DNA from: Octopus vulgaris
Taxonomy: Eukaryota
Assembly: GCA_951406725.2 (NCBI GenBank)
Contig: OX597815.1
Location: 13,020,001 to 13,084,000, forward strand
Direction of reading: 5' to 3'
Length of the DNA: 64,000 bases
In this document: positions 13,292 to 27,649 of the stretch, piece by piece
Layout of the letters: each line of letters opens with the position of its first letter
Numbering within the stretch: position 1 is the first letter of the stretch
Translations under genes and position numbers: made by a program
Notes under the pieces: generated by a model
What the model was told of the DNA's origin: nothing
Seen by the model: the letters and a program-made list of their open reading frames with translations, nothing else
The model's database searches: none

Positions 13292-13692
13292 TATTTCTTT
13301 ACTACCCACAAGGGGCTAAACACAGAGAAGACATACAAGGACAGACAAACGGATAAAGTCGATTACATCGACCCCAGTGCGTAACTGGTACTTAATTTCT
13401 CGACCCCGAAAGGATGAAAGGCAAAGTCGACCTCGGCGGAATTTGAACTCAGAACGTAGCGGCAGACGAAATACCTATTTCTTTACTACCCACAAGGGAC
13501 TAAACACAGAGAAGACATACAAGGACAGACAAACGGATCAAGTCGATTACATCGACCCCAGTGCGTAACTGGTACTTAATTTCTCGACCCCGAAATGATG
13601 AAAGGCGGAAATTTGAACTCAGAACGTAACGGCAGACGAAATACGGCTACGCATTTCGTCCGGCGTGCTAACGATTCTGCCAACTCGCCGCC
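13292..13692 (-). mobile_element. SINE family C (Deu/Nin-like domain) with tandemly duplicated 3' part and 18-bp TSD
   Basis: GCCTTTCATCCTTTCGGGGTCGA domain; TSD TTCCTAGTGTAATATACC at 13274-13291 and 13693-13710. Confidence 0.9.
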
Positions 13693-14315
13693 TTCCTAGT
13701 GTAATATACCGTTGACTCTATCACCTCGTATATCTTTGTTTAAAGTACTAGTTTGAGATATATACATTTGGTCGATATTCCAGAACATTCGTCGGTATCA
13801 CTGTTTATTCTGGAGGATTACTGGCTTACGTAGCCCTTCAAAAATCTGTTGTTGAATTTGCTCTCCTATTATTTATCAACCAAGTGCACTTTACTTTCAA
13901 AGAGCAATTTACCTTGCAAGTACTGTTATTTTCCTTCAGACCCAATACATATAGATGGATGGCATAAACGCAAATGAGATAATAATTAATACAAAGGGAC
14001 GGAGATATTAATAAATATATAAATAAAAACATTGAAAACGTAAATCAAAGTAATGTACTTTATGCACTTTACTTAATGTTGCTTGACTACCATCGGTAAT
14101 ATATATCCCATAATTCTCGGAAATTATAAACTGCTTTGATCGGTAAGCTCCAAGTTTAAGTTCACATTGGAAAGTAATTGATTGATTTCCATTTACAAAG
14201 TCGTTATTTCTTCTTTCAATCAATACTCCCACAAGTGCGTATTTACACGGACACACATAAATATTTTCAAATATAATCACACTTGAATTTCTCATAACAC
14301 ACACATACACACACA

Positions 14316-14372
<57 letters not shown>

Positions 14373-15485
14373 CGTACACTCATATACCTGTGACTGTCAG
14401 GCCATTTGTGAGAGATACAGAGAATGGATGGGAAAACGTGTGAGTGTATTGACTTAATATTTTCTGTACTGAATAAACTAGAAAATATGTGTCTTACATG
14501 AAAGCTTTTTACTCCTTTATCAAACTTTAGCCGTTCGACCATGGTCGCTGGTTGTCGGCTCCTGTGAATGCCGTGAATCATTTAATATGTGTTTCTGTGA
14601 GTTTGTATGGTTTGTGTGTAAGAAAGAGAATGTATCTGTGTATATGCGTGCCTGTATGTATTTATATACATATGTGTGTGTGTGTGTGTGTGTGTGTCTG
14701 TCTGTGTATGTGTCTGTGTGTGTGTGTGTATGTGTGTCTGTGTCTGTGTCTGTGTGTGTATGCGTGTGTGTGTCTATGTGTCTGTGTCTGTGTCTGTGTG
14801 TGTATGTGTGTGTGTATGTATTTATAAGTTGAGATTTATGCATTTATAAATAAAAATGTTCAGATCGATAAAGACGCCAAAACTGGCTTATTTGAATTAG
14901 ATTACTTGTTCTCATTTCTGTTTAAAAATCTAGTCGTTAATACTACTTTTGATTTCGCTTATCTACTCACCTAAATCTTTATTGAATATCTGAATGATAC
15001 AGCCATGCATATCTTAGTGAAATTATTAGCGAATACCAGGTTAAATGTCAAGATATCAAACAGATATTTGTGTCGCAGTTGTGAGAGAGAGAACATTCGT
15101 ATTGGAAATACTGTACAGAACATCATACATGCTTCCTCATCAGAATGTATATTATTCATTTTTTGCGAATCCATTGTGTTTGATTTTATAACTAATAATA
15201 TTTCTATTAGTAATAGTAATAAATAATTTTAAATAAAATGCCAAATACTATTGCTTGGGGGAGAATGTAGTCGACAGCAGCGATCTGACGGAAAGTTTTC
15301 TCAAAAATAAAGTAATATAAAAGTCACGACGGTTTGATCAATGCTTATGCCAGTAAATTTATTTTTGGTGACAGAAAATTGTAAGCAGTGTCGACTCTCT
15401 TGTCTCTTTCTCTGTATATATCTATTTCTCACCCCATCTCTCTCTCTTTCTTTCTCATACACACACACACACACACATACATACA

Positions 15486-15525
<40 letters not shown>

Positions 15526-15767
15526 TATGAACACGCGCCCTTACACACGCACACACGCAAACATATACATAATATTCAAAGAGACAGAGAAAGAGAGACA
15601 GACGTGAGTAAACAGGTGACTGGCATAGAACGGCAGGAGTAAAATGCGAATCACATTTTGTGATGATTAATTTCTCGGGTATGGCGATATCCTCACTCAA
15701 CGATTTTTTGCATAAAGAAAAAGTACCACAAGCCTATTGCAATTTAAAGAAGCACTCGATATAATTT

Positions 15768-15836
<69 letters not shown>

Positions 15837-16419
15837 TATGTGTGTGTGTGTGTGTATACGTATATTTGGATGGGCGTGCACAAAAGTAATTTAAAGACGT
15901 ACTCCAACTTTTTCGAGATCAAAAATTCATAGATTTTGTTGTATCAGTTTTGGGTAGCTGGCAAGAGAAACCGCTACTTCAGGAACTCAAATTAGATAAA
16001 ACATCACAAGCGAGTGGAAATCTTATGAAATAGTATATGACACCGGTGTGGATTGCATTTGGCAAGGAGGATGCAATACGTAACTGCATGTTTGCGGAAT
16101 ATTCACAACAAAGTTGAAAAGAGGTGGTGCATCTGGAATGCTTAGCGTCGGAATCAGTGCACTATATTTTCTGTCAAGCGAGGCAAAGATCAATTGATGA
16201 ATTTTGGGATGTTATGGAAATTATATAATTAATGATAGCCTAGCAATATTTAGTAGCTTTTTAAAATGTGCATTAAGTTGGTAGATCTTCCCAACGTGCT
16301 TTCATTTTTTTTTTATTATTTAGTGATATTTCTTTTTCTATACCGTTTCTCATTCGCATCTATGTCCTTTGCATGAAAATAGCGATATTTTAGTATAACA
16401 AACCACATATAAGATAATA

Positions 16420-16983
16420 TTGGGTTGTCAGCAAAGTTCGTGCCGATTTTGAAAGGAAAGAAAAAGGCCAATAAATACTTGCCATTACATTCTTAATCAA
16501 GCAAATATGAACCATTTTTTGGACAACGCATCTCCATCTTTCCTTTAACTTGAAAATACCCTCTTCCCAGAATTGAGGTGGTTTTATGGCAAAGAATTCA
16601 TTAAGTTATCTTTTTACGTCATCCAAGGAATTGAAATTTTTACCATTAAGACTATACTGCAGGGACCTGAATAAGTGGAAATCCGAAGGAGCAATATCTG
16701 GTGAATATGGAGGGTTGGGTAGCGCATACCAGCCGAGCTACAGCAATTTTTTTCTGGTTACCAAAGCATCAAGTGCCGAAAATGAACTTTCTTATCGTCC
16801 ATTTTAAAGGGTTTCAGAATTAAGTCAGGTTATAGGAACATAAACCTTCTTCCGCGAAAAGATAGCTTAAACTGTGTGCTATATGGGGGTGTAGTCAAAT
16901 GCTATTTTATGGACTCAACCATGTTCTAAGATAAGTCGAAAGTAATCTACTATAAATCGGCACGAACTTTCCGGACAACCCAA
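16420..16983 (-). mobile_element. Non-autonomous mariner with both TIRs and TA flanks
   Basis: TIRs TTGGGTTGTCAGCAAAGTTCGTGCCGATTT / AAATCGGCACGAACTTTCCGGACAACCCAA; minus strand encodes PPYSPDIAPSDFHLFRSLQ. Confidence 0.93.
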
Positions 16984-17334
16984 TATTTAAGTCCTTGTAT
17001 GGAAACACTTTCATTTATGAAACCGATATACTTTCTTTAGGAAACGGATGCTATCTAAAAGACACAGTTATTCGTCACTCAATCTTTTTTTTATATAAAT
17101 CAGTCGTACACATTCATAGCGATGGCTCAGATATAGTAGAAGGCGTACTATAATAAATAATATCAAAACGGAAAAACTGTACTACATTCATCGTTGTCAA
17201 AGCACTCAACAATATTTTTGCATTCGTGTTTAGATATGTGGCGTCCAATATACTCAGTGAAATGTCTAGTAATACTCTCTGATGGAAAAAAGTGAGAATG
17301 CTATACTTGAACGATAAGCACAAGTGAAAAAATG

Positions 17335-19530
17335 CATTGGTTCTTAGTGTCCAAGCGCTTCCAAGCAGTGCTGTTTTCTGCAAGTGCTCCACACTTATTG
17401 CAATCCCTATTTATTCCATGTACTTCTCAAGACTTTTGCTCACCGTTCCCAGGTCTCTGATAGACATTGGTAATACTGCCACCTTTATCTTTGATCAAAC
17501 TTGCTTAACTTCCCAATGTAGCCTGTTATATTTATCGACATTTCCTTCTTCCTTATCACATACTTTGTTGTCAGCTGGGCATGCTATATATATGATTCAG
17601 CATCGTTTGTTTCGTTTCTCAGTTAACACTATATCTGGTTTCATATTCTCTATCACGTGGTCGCACTGAATCATAAAATCCCATAGGAACTTTGCATTAT
17701 CATTTTCGATGGTACCTTCGGGTTTATGTTCGTACAACTTTTTGCTTTGTCAACTCTATACTTGTTGCAAAGTGTCAAATGGACAATACTTGCTATATTG
17801 TCATATGTCTCTTATATCATTTCTGGGCTAGTGGCGTACATTGGCTGGTATTATGCCATACGGTTTCACCATTTTGTCCACAAATTCTGCACTTATCACT
17901 TTCTCATGCGTTGTCTATTCTGAATTTGATATAGTTGGTTCTTAATGCTTGCTCTTAGGAAGCACAGATTAGAGCCACCGTTTTCGATTTTAAAGTAATT
18001 TTAGTCATCCATAGCCATCTTTTTCCACTGTCCCGCTTATATTCAACATCCATACGAAATCTTCCTTGCATTCTTTTCTTTATCCACCTATTTTCAGTTT
18101 CATTCCTTCAGAAGTGCTTGTACAGTGCTTCATTATTGCAATCTTCCATCCAACACAAGCCTGATATTCTTAATTCCAGTAATAACAATTCTGTAGCTTA
18201 TTTTACATACCAGACTATGTTGTTTTCTTCTCCTTGAATGTTGTGTTCGCATCCAATCAGTCCTCTTCTCCCTCTTTTTCTTGGTGCATACAGTCTGTCT
18301 GCGTCACTTTTTGGGTGGAGTATCCCATATCTAGTCAGCAACATCGTTGTCTTTCTCTGTCTGTTTAGTTCGTCTATTGTCCATGCGATTACTCCTGCTC
18401 CATATCTAAGGCGTGAAACCGCCCAGGTCTTGCTAACTTCAATCGTATTCTGTCCGTTTAATTTCTACTTAAGCAACAGTGTCAGTATGCGCAAGTACTC
18501 CACCTTAAATTCTTGTCATGTCTTTCTCCATCAATTTATCTCTTTCACTATCCCCACATACTTATAGCCTGTCCCTTCTATCTGATTCATAACCTTCCCC
18601 AACGGTATCGCTAGCGCGTCCACACGCTTGGTTTTTACCTCTTTTCAAGTCAAACACGCCACAGTGTTTCAGTCCGAACTTCATTCTGGTATCAGCACTG
18701 AAAGTATACAACGTATCCACGACAGAACTGACTTGGGATTAATCATTACCATACAGTTTATATTACCGTATGTGGTTGAATATTTGATCGCAGCCTTTGA
18801 AACATACACATTTTTTTCTTTCCTCAAAATCAATATCAATACTATCATGAACAGTACACAGATCAGTGGGCCAGGTAGTCTCCTTGGAAATGCCCCTTCT
18901 GATTTCTACTATCCCTAAACTTCTTCCATATTCTGTCAGTTGCGCCCTTTACTCCGCGATACCTTTTCTAAGCAATCGCTCAACATTCGATTCCATACGA
19001 AATAGATTCATACATTCTATAATCCAAGAATACAGGATAATATCATACGTCTTACGATAATCAATCCATGACATGGCTAAGTTAGTCTTCGTCCTGTTGC
19101 AGTGTATAAGGAAAGTTTTTGCCTACCAAGAGTTGATATTTGGTACCTCTGCATTTACGCTTGCACTCCTTCTGCTCATGTGGCAGGACTCTATTATTTC
19201 CAAAAGTAAGTACATTTACTCTGCGACTATTCCAGGCAATAATTTCCACATAACGGTCAAGCAGGATATCGGCCTGTAGTTGTCTACTGTATGGACTTTC
19301 TTCGATGTTTTTCAGGCATAGCACAGTCCTACACGCTGTCAACCACTGTGATATTACTTGGTCGACATTTAGCAAGGTGTTCTGTTGTGAAGCTATTCGT
19401 GCATGACATTCACCAAATCTTTTGATCCAGTAGCCTTGAACTCTATTTAGTGCCCGAGCTTTCCGGTTGTGTTTTTTTTTAATTTGTTGATTTCCTTAAT
19501 TTCCGTAAGTAAAATTACTAGTTCTGCCTG
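17335..19530 (-). pseudogene. Decayed R4/Dong-type (RLE-encoding) non-LTR retrotransposon ORF
   Basis: Remnants NLAMSWIDYRKTYD, RRGIFQGD, YKYVGI, PDIVL and C-terminal EHLQKTALLGSAWTLR. Confidence 0.8.
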
Positions 19531-19683
19531 TTTTGGACAGACTAATCTTTGTTTCAGTTCTTGCAATCATTCAGCATCCTTCTTGTGCTTCTTGTCTTTT
19601 CTGCAGATATTACTTCGAAACCTTTGACTTTCAATTTGATAATAATGATGATGTTAATAATAGTAATAATAATAATAATGATG

Positions 19684-19723
<40 letters not shown>

Positions 19724-19739
19724 CATCATTATTATTATT

Positions 19740-20298
19740 GAGTGAGAGAGAGCAGTGCATGCCATCAAAATGACACTGGGGTAAAATATACGAAGCCCAG
19801 TATACCCATCATGACTACCCGTCTGATAAGGGTACACCAGGCACATGCATCACAACCATGTGTGCGCTACATGGTGATCTCATATCAAGATAAACAGCAC
19901 ATGACCTTGCAGGTGGGGCCTAGTTAGAATTTTCGTCATGTTGAGTAGCCTATCCCGCTCAAAAGGTCTCTGAATAAGGATTTTTTAAGGATGTTGAACG
20001 AACCACCCATGTTTCCAGAGGTGAATTATCCAAACCTCTAAGAATTCCTTTCGACACATGGCTATGATGCTCCCCCACTACTTCTGCTCGTGATCAGAGA
20101 TGCACATATTGTCAGCCACTAAGGGACATGCTCAACTGGTTAAGGTCAAACAACTGACAAGCAAATCTGTGGTATTGAGCAGAATATTTGCTGTAGCCCA
20201 TCTTTTATACCAAGACAAAACAATGTACATGACAACACTTCCAATCAGTTAAGATCAGAAGCCATGAGAGCCACCGCCTGGTACTGCATCAGGGCATT
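19740..20298 (-). mobile_element. About 560-bp non-coding retroposon embedded in (TAA)n
   Basis: Second copy at 62020-62550 and 3' fragment at 42472-42510; all end ...TCACTC(AAT)n. Confidence 0.85.
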
Positions 20299-20324
20299 TA
20301 TTATTATTATTATTATTATTATTA

Positions 20325-20374
<50 letters not shown>

Positions 20375-20589
20375 AGCTCCTCTTTCAATTTTGTTTCCAT
20401 TTTTTGCCAAATGTCTTCCTAACACCGAGGACAAAGAAAGTCATTGATTATATTGAAAGGATTTTAAAATAAACACACCAGATTGATCATTTACAAAGTC
20501 ATGTGCTAGAACAAAGGGGGAAAAGGGACAGAGAGAAGAATGAAAGAAGGAAAAAAGGGAGAAAAAGAAAAAGAAAACAAAGAAAATAA

Positions 20590-20905
20590 AAAGGGAAATA
20601 GAAAGAAAATTTAGGGCGACAATGCTCTCAGTACTTTTGACATGCCAGTTATAAGAATCTTTTGCCATTCCTGCATAAATGGTAACACAGGGATCTTCCT
20701 CATATAATTTCCAGTTCCTTTTTCTCACTATTCCAATTGCTCTTACAATGACATGTATTGTAACCTTTTTTATGTATTCGGAGCTTATCAAATTCTCTTG
20801 CCCAGATATTATGATCACAAGGTATGCTCCTGCCAATCGGGAAATAGACTTTATGGTTTCGGTCCTTCAAAACAATATCTGGTTTATTAGCGTTGATGGT
20901 CCGGT
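20590..20905 (-). mobile_element. R4/Dong RLE-domain 3' fragment
   Basis: TINANKPDIVLKD...IPCDHNI...EFDKL, homologous to 61054-61397. Confidence 0.75.
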
Positions 20906-20944
20906 CTATTATCAAGGCTTTGAGCGGGCCGAACCATTATAAGG

Positions 20945-21130
20945 CCAGTCAAAATGCTTAGCGACTTTTCGTCCATCAACACGCACTGAGCTCAAATTCT
21001 TCTGAGGTCGGCATTAACTTTCATTCTTTCATGGTCGATAAAATAATTACCAATCATGTACTGGTTTCATTATTCAACTGGTATCGACTTCCTTCTGTTC
21101 AAAAATCGTGGCCCTATGGCAAATTTATGA
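20945..21130 (+). mobile_element. Degenerate SINE family C
   Basis: AAATGCTTAGC...CTTTCATTCTTTCATGGTCGATAAAAT. Confidence 0.65.
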
Positions 21131-21507
21131 AAATTGACGTAATTCTTCACTAAGGTATTACCCGATTATTAAAGTAAGATAAGTAATAAATAACAGATAT
21201 TATCCGAGCTTATTGAATATTGTCTCAATTGTAAGTTTGTCTTTCTCACGTTCAAAATATGAATATGCACGAACAGCATAAATCTGTTAACAACTTGTTT
21301 TTGTTGTTAACTGATTAATCTGCTTAAAACGACAAAAACGAGATGACTGTTAAACAAATTGGTTGTCTCGAATAATAATTTTACGTCACTTTCTCCACAT
21401 TATTAGGGAGATAAAAAATTAGCAGTGTGTAGCAGCAGTCCTATGACTGAGACCATTAAAAGAATAAAGGAATAATACAATATTTCTACTTTCAGCCACT
21501 CTTTCAG

Positions 21508-21914
21508 TCTTTTACTCTCTTTTACTTGTTTCAGCCATTTGACTGCGGCCATGCTAGAGCACCGCCTTTAGTCGAGTAATTCGACCCCAGGACGCATTCT
21601 TTGTAAGCCTAGTACTTATTCTATCGTTCTCTTTTGCCGAAGCGCTAAGTTACGGAGACGTAAACACACCAGCATCGGTTGACAAGCGGTGTTGGGGGAA
21701 CAAACACAGACACACAAACATATACACACATACATATATATACATATATACAACGGGCGTCTTTCAGTTTCCGTCTACCAAATCCACTCGCAAGGCTTTG
21801 GTCGGCCCGAGGATATAGTAGAAGACATTATCCCATGGTGCCACGCAGTGGGAATGAACCCGGAACCATGTGGTTCGTAAGTGTGCTACTAACCACACAG
21901 CCACTCCTGTGCCT
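21508..21914 (-). mobile_element. SINE family A copy
   Basis: Full-length reverse-complement copy. Confidence 0.9.
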
Positions 21915-22149
21915 ATATACTAATTGCAAATAAATAAGAAATAGATTTGTCTTGAACTCCATTCAGAACTGAAAGTTTAATAGAGTTCGACTATTTTCTA
22001 AAATGCGTATTATAAGGCGTTCATCGAAGTGAATCTCATAACAAAAGTTTTGCTGAAGTAATGATATTCTTTCTGGCGTTACACCTATGCCTGTTCAATA
22101 TTCCTTTGGTTGATCATGAATCTTGTCAAACAAGTATTTGCGAAGGCTT

Positions 22150-22830
22150 TAAAAGAAGTAAAAAGACGACTTTGAACATTTCATATGAGGCACTCAGTTA
22201 TCGAACAATGGTTGTATTGTCATTAAGACAGCAGTTATAAGGGAGTGTTATCGGGATTATGAACAAGGGTGAGTACATATAAGTTTGTGAAGAATCTGTA
22301 AGTGTCAAAACATTTTATGCAGAATTACCTGCTGATCCAAACGTCCAATTACAGAAAACAAATTGACAAAATAATCTTGGAAATGGAGGAATACAACATT
22401 ATAAATGACATTGCATCTTGCGGTCAGAAGAAAAACAACATACAAGAATTTTAATTATAGAAGTCAAAGATCAAATTCTGAGAGAAATTATTCTAGTTAT
22501 TCAGTGGCGCCGAAATTTTGCTGCATTCCAAAGATATTTCATGAAACGTAACAAAACACTTGGCAAAATATCCTTGTTAAAAAATATATATTCTTTCTTC
22601 AATACATTGTTGGATTTAGACGTTATAAATGACAAACATGAACTAGTTTTTCTGTTATTTATCTAAGCCTCATTGGAATTTTTCAACAATATGAAACTAA
22701 AAGAATAAGTCAGTCAACTCTCTCACAAATTAGGAAAGAAATTTTGATGTATATACAGAGGATTGGAAGTTGTACCACTTCACATTTGGTGTACACAAAT
22801 ACTTACCGCAGATACGTGTGCTTTATGTTT
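22150..22830 (+). pseudogene. Decayed PLE reverse-transcriptase N-terminal region
   Basis: Frameshifted VIKTA..KGSVIGIMNKGEY (DKG motif), FYAELPADPN, TLLDLDV, HFTFGVHKYL. Confidence 0.6.
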
Positions 22831-23096
22831 GTTGCACAAGAGAAACATTTAAAACAAGATTTAATAAACATTGTTGCAACTTCAGACGCAGTAGCACTTC
22901 CTTGACATGATTTGGCGAGTGTTTTACTACATATGATTGTAAATTTGAAGAATTTAATTTACAAATTCCCAGATAATATTCAAACTCCACTGCAAAACAC
23001 ATGCAGACTAAAATATATGCGAGTTCATTTCGTAACTCCCCTGTAAGGGACATTGAAGAAAAATAACAGGCAAGTTCCATCAGATTTATACAAAAT

Positions 23097-23217
23097 ATGG
23101 TTCCGGGTTCAGTCCCACTGCGTGGCATCTTGGGCAAGTGTCTTCTGCTATAGCCCCGGACCGACCAATGCCTTGTGAGTGGATTTGGTAGACGGAAACT
23201 GAAAGAAGTCTGTCGTA

Positions 23218-23303
<86 letters not shown>

Positions 23304-23530
23304 TGTGTGTATGTGTGTCTGTGTGTCTGTGTTTGTCCCCCTAGCATTGCTTGACAACCGATGCTGCTGTGTTTATGTCCCCGTCACTTAGCGGTTCGCC
23401 CAAAGAGACCGATAGAATAAGTACTGGGCTAATAAAGTCCCGGGTCGAGTTGCTCGATTAAAGGTGGTGCTCCAGCATGGCCACAGTCAAATGACTGAAA
23501 CAAGTAAAAGAGTTAAGAGTAAAAAGAGTA
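23097..23530 (+). mobile_element. SINE family A copy, 5'-truncated
   Basis: Starts at ATGGTTCCGGGTTCAGTCCC. Confidence 0.9.
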
Positions 23531-23949
23531 AAATATTTTATGAAGCAGCTTTCGCCACCCACTTTTCGTGTGTTCACTTATTTAGAATGCTGTTTCTTCT
23601 ACATACACATTTAAGCACAATCTCCGTATTCAGTTCAGTTCACACGTAATCCTTTGCTGTTGCATTAGGTACCAGTCCTTGAGAATTTCTGCCCACGCAA
23701 AGTCGTGTCTTTAAGGTTAAACACAACGCCGGGATTATATGCCATCAATATGTTCGTTTTTGCTGCGATTCACATTAAGAGATTAATTCTTCTGATTCTA
23801 AACGAATTTATTTTGAGAATTCTGATGCTGCGGATATTATCAATGGTTACCTTTTATGTCGTAATCAAAAAAGGTCCCATAGCTGGCCTTATTGTGAGCA
23901 GAAAAAGTACTTGGCAAAATTTAGTAATGCCTTTATTACATCTTTCAAT

Positions 23950-24945
<996 letters not shown>

Positions 24946-25639
24946 TTTTTTTAAATTATTATTACCAATAATAATAGCTGCGGCAGCTACAAATTACTGT
25001 GGCTTCCAAAAACGTTATGGTCTTATGCCATTTCCAGAATGTATCATTCTTATTTAGCATTAGGATGGCTTCAAAAAACACCATGGACATCCGCCAATAT
25101 TAAACTGAACTTTTCTCATTTTTCCTTCTTGCTCCCCTCCTTATCAGTACATTATTACTCTGATGATGATTTGCTTTATTATTATTGTTGTTGATTTTGT
25201 TATTGCTGTTGTTTTTTATTTATTCTGTTTGTTCATTTATTGTGCGTTACATATTGTATTGTAAGTAATATGTGCACAATCCCTGCAATTTCAATTAGTG
25301 CCTGAATGTTGAATGGATGTGCAAGCTACATGGGGTGACGGTTACGTTTCTGTTGGCGATACTATACACATCGTTTCCAAGGCGCCTATTTATATAGGGA
25401 TTGCATTTAATTCAAATTTTTCCCTTGTGCATTTATGTTTGAATTCAGATACACTTATACACGCACACACACTCATATGTGTGAGCACTCATTATATACA
25501 TATGCATTCACATGTGTGTTTGTGTGCGAGTGTGTATATGTATATATATATATATATGGAAGGATACAATTTGTGGATGACGAATACATACATATAAACA
25601 TATACATTTATATGGGAGGATACAATTAGTGTATGACGA

Positions 25640-25670
<31 letters not shown>

Positions 25671-25691
25671 CATACATATATATATATATAC

Positions 25692-25756
<65 letters not shown>

Positions 25757-26324
25757 TATATGCATGTATATATGTATGTATATATGTATATGTGAACAGT
25801 TATCACTGCATGACTTACCGTTTCTGTGTTAGATATTTGCTTCGAAAATGTAGGAGTAGAAGGTTAGTAATTTCTGGAAGTTATATTTTGGATTTTCCGA
25901 TCCGGAAAGAGCTTCCGAAGAACCTAATGATTTCCTTTTACTCTACACCTTATATTTTTCCGAAGACACCATCGCTCTCCCCGACCGCTTGTGTATTTAT
26001 TTTATATAATGATAATATGGAACTTTCGTCAACACTTTCGTTCAAACCGTATGTGGTAGTAAGTAATGTGGGATATTACAGATGACATGAAGTTAGCCTA
26101 CGTCCGTGTTTTACTTTTCTCTTGTTTTTTTAATTTTTGTTGACATGGATACGTACCTTCTGAAAAGTGAATAGCAATGGGAAGATGTTACGTACAAATA
26201 GAGAACATAGATATTGACCTTTCAGGAAATTCTGCAAACGGTGCACCCTGAATGCCCATTAACAGCCATTACGTGGCGGATTTGACTTTAGCATCAAGCG
26301 AATGAGATGGTAATAATAATAATG

Positions 26325-26385
<61 letters not shown>

Positions 26386-26689
26386 TAATCCTTTATGATT
26401 ATTGTGCTGATATTCGTCTTCCGCTATTTGTATCCTTCCAAAAGTGTTTTGCGCATATAGATAACAATATTGCCTCTAAATATCATTTATAGAGAAGAAT
26501 TATTAACATATAGTGGTATCTATTTGGGAAGAAGAGTTAGAGGATTAGGCCTTCTCAGTGAGAATTGCATGTGCTGAAGAGGTATACTTTATAGTTATTT
26601 CAAGCCCCTAAAGGTTTCTCGGAATTTGAAATGTTGTTTTTAGCATGATATCGTTTGTGTAACGCCAACGAAGTAATGTTATCATAAAT

Positions 26690-27030
26690 ATGTTAGTTAG
26701 TTAATGTTTTGGCTCAAAAGCAAAAAGCAAGGACATGTGGGGGGACATGGAGTTAAGTACAGGGTGGTGTTCATGCAAAGAGTTCAGGCCACTTGAGGTC
26801 AAGAGAGACTTTGAACAAAGCGGTCGTCGGCATCTTCACCATCTCGTCTGGCAGCTTGTTCCACGGATCCGCAACCCGGACGGAGAAAGCTCCTCTCCTT
26901 CGATTGAGATGAAATCGTCGCAGGTAGAGCTTTTCGGAATGACCCCGCAGGCATCTTACTTGGTCTTCATCGACTACAAGATCTTCAAAATTACAATTGA
27001 ACTTATTCACTTGTAAGCTGCTATACAATA
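26690..27030 (-). mobile_element. CR1-like LINE 3' end with (TAAC)n tail
   Basis: RGHSEKL...RRGAFSVRVADPWNKLPDEMV...FKVSLD; same 3' UTR recurs at 57098-57190. Confidence 0.9.
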
Positions 27031-27649
27031 CAATACTTCACAATCTTGCACCCAGATTCAAGCTTAACATTCTTCTATTTAATTTCGATGGGTCAGTGGG
27101 CTGCTTGTGAAAGGAAGTTACTTAAATAGTAAGAATCATTTTCCTGCAATAGAAACCTACTTTGGAGGGTTCAGCAAAGTTTCCCTAGTGATGTAGAAGA
27201 AAGGCTGCGGCATCCCGAGATATTTCTGATGTGTTATCATTTTGCGAAATATGCTCGCATCACTTTTCCTTCGAGGTGATGTATTCCTGTGTATAGATGA
27301 GATCACATTTAGGCTCCTAGCATCTAGGTTTTCTTCCAGCTCTCACATGTCTCATGTTATCTTCTGCAGTCTCGATTCCGAAGAATCTGGAATGTTTTCG
27401 AACTTTCACCGCCCTATATAGTCCCCTACATAGGGGACTATTTGTGTGAAAGGACATTTCCAATGCGATTAATTCTATGAGGGTTTGTGAGCAACAAGTT
27501 CAATGAAATTTGCGGAGATAATTTTGGAGGCGATAAAGTATAACTAAACAACCATTCGTGACGATATTCTTCTAATGGTGCTAGTTCTAAAATCTAGAAC
27601 TAACATTTTTGTCTTTTGCAAAATCAGCAACTGTATTCTTCTAATCGCT

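Noticed and set aside
13292-13692. CRISPR-like or regularly spaced repeat
   Set aside because: Tandem duplication within a SINE; no repeat-spacer array, and the context is eukaryotic
26157-26159. Possible 3-nt minus-strand microexon (ttttcag|AAG|gtacgt)
   Set aside because: Too short to distinguish from chance without transcript data
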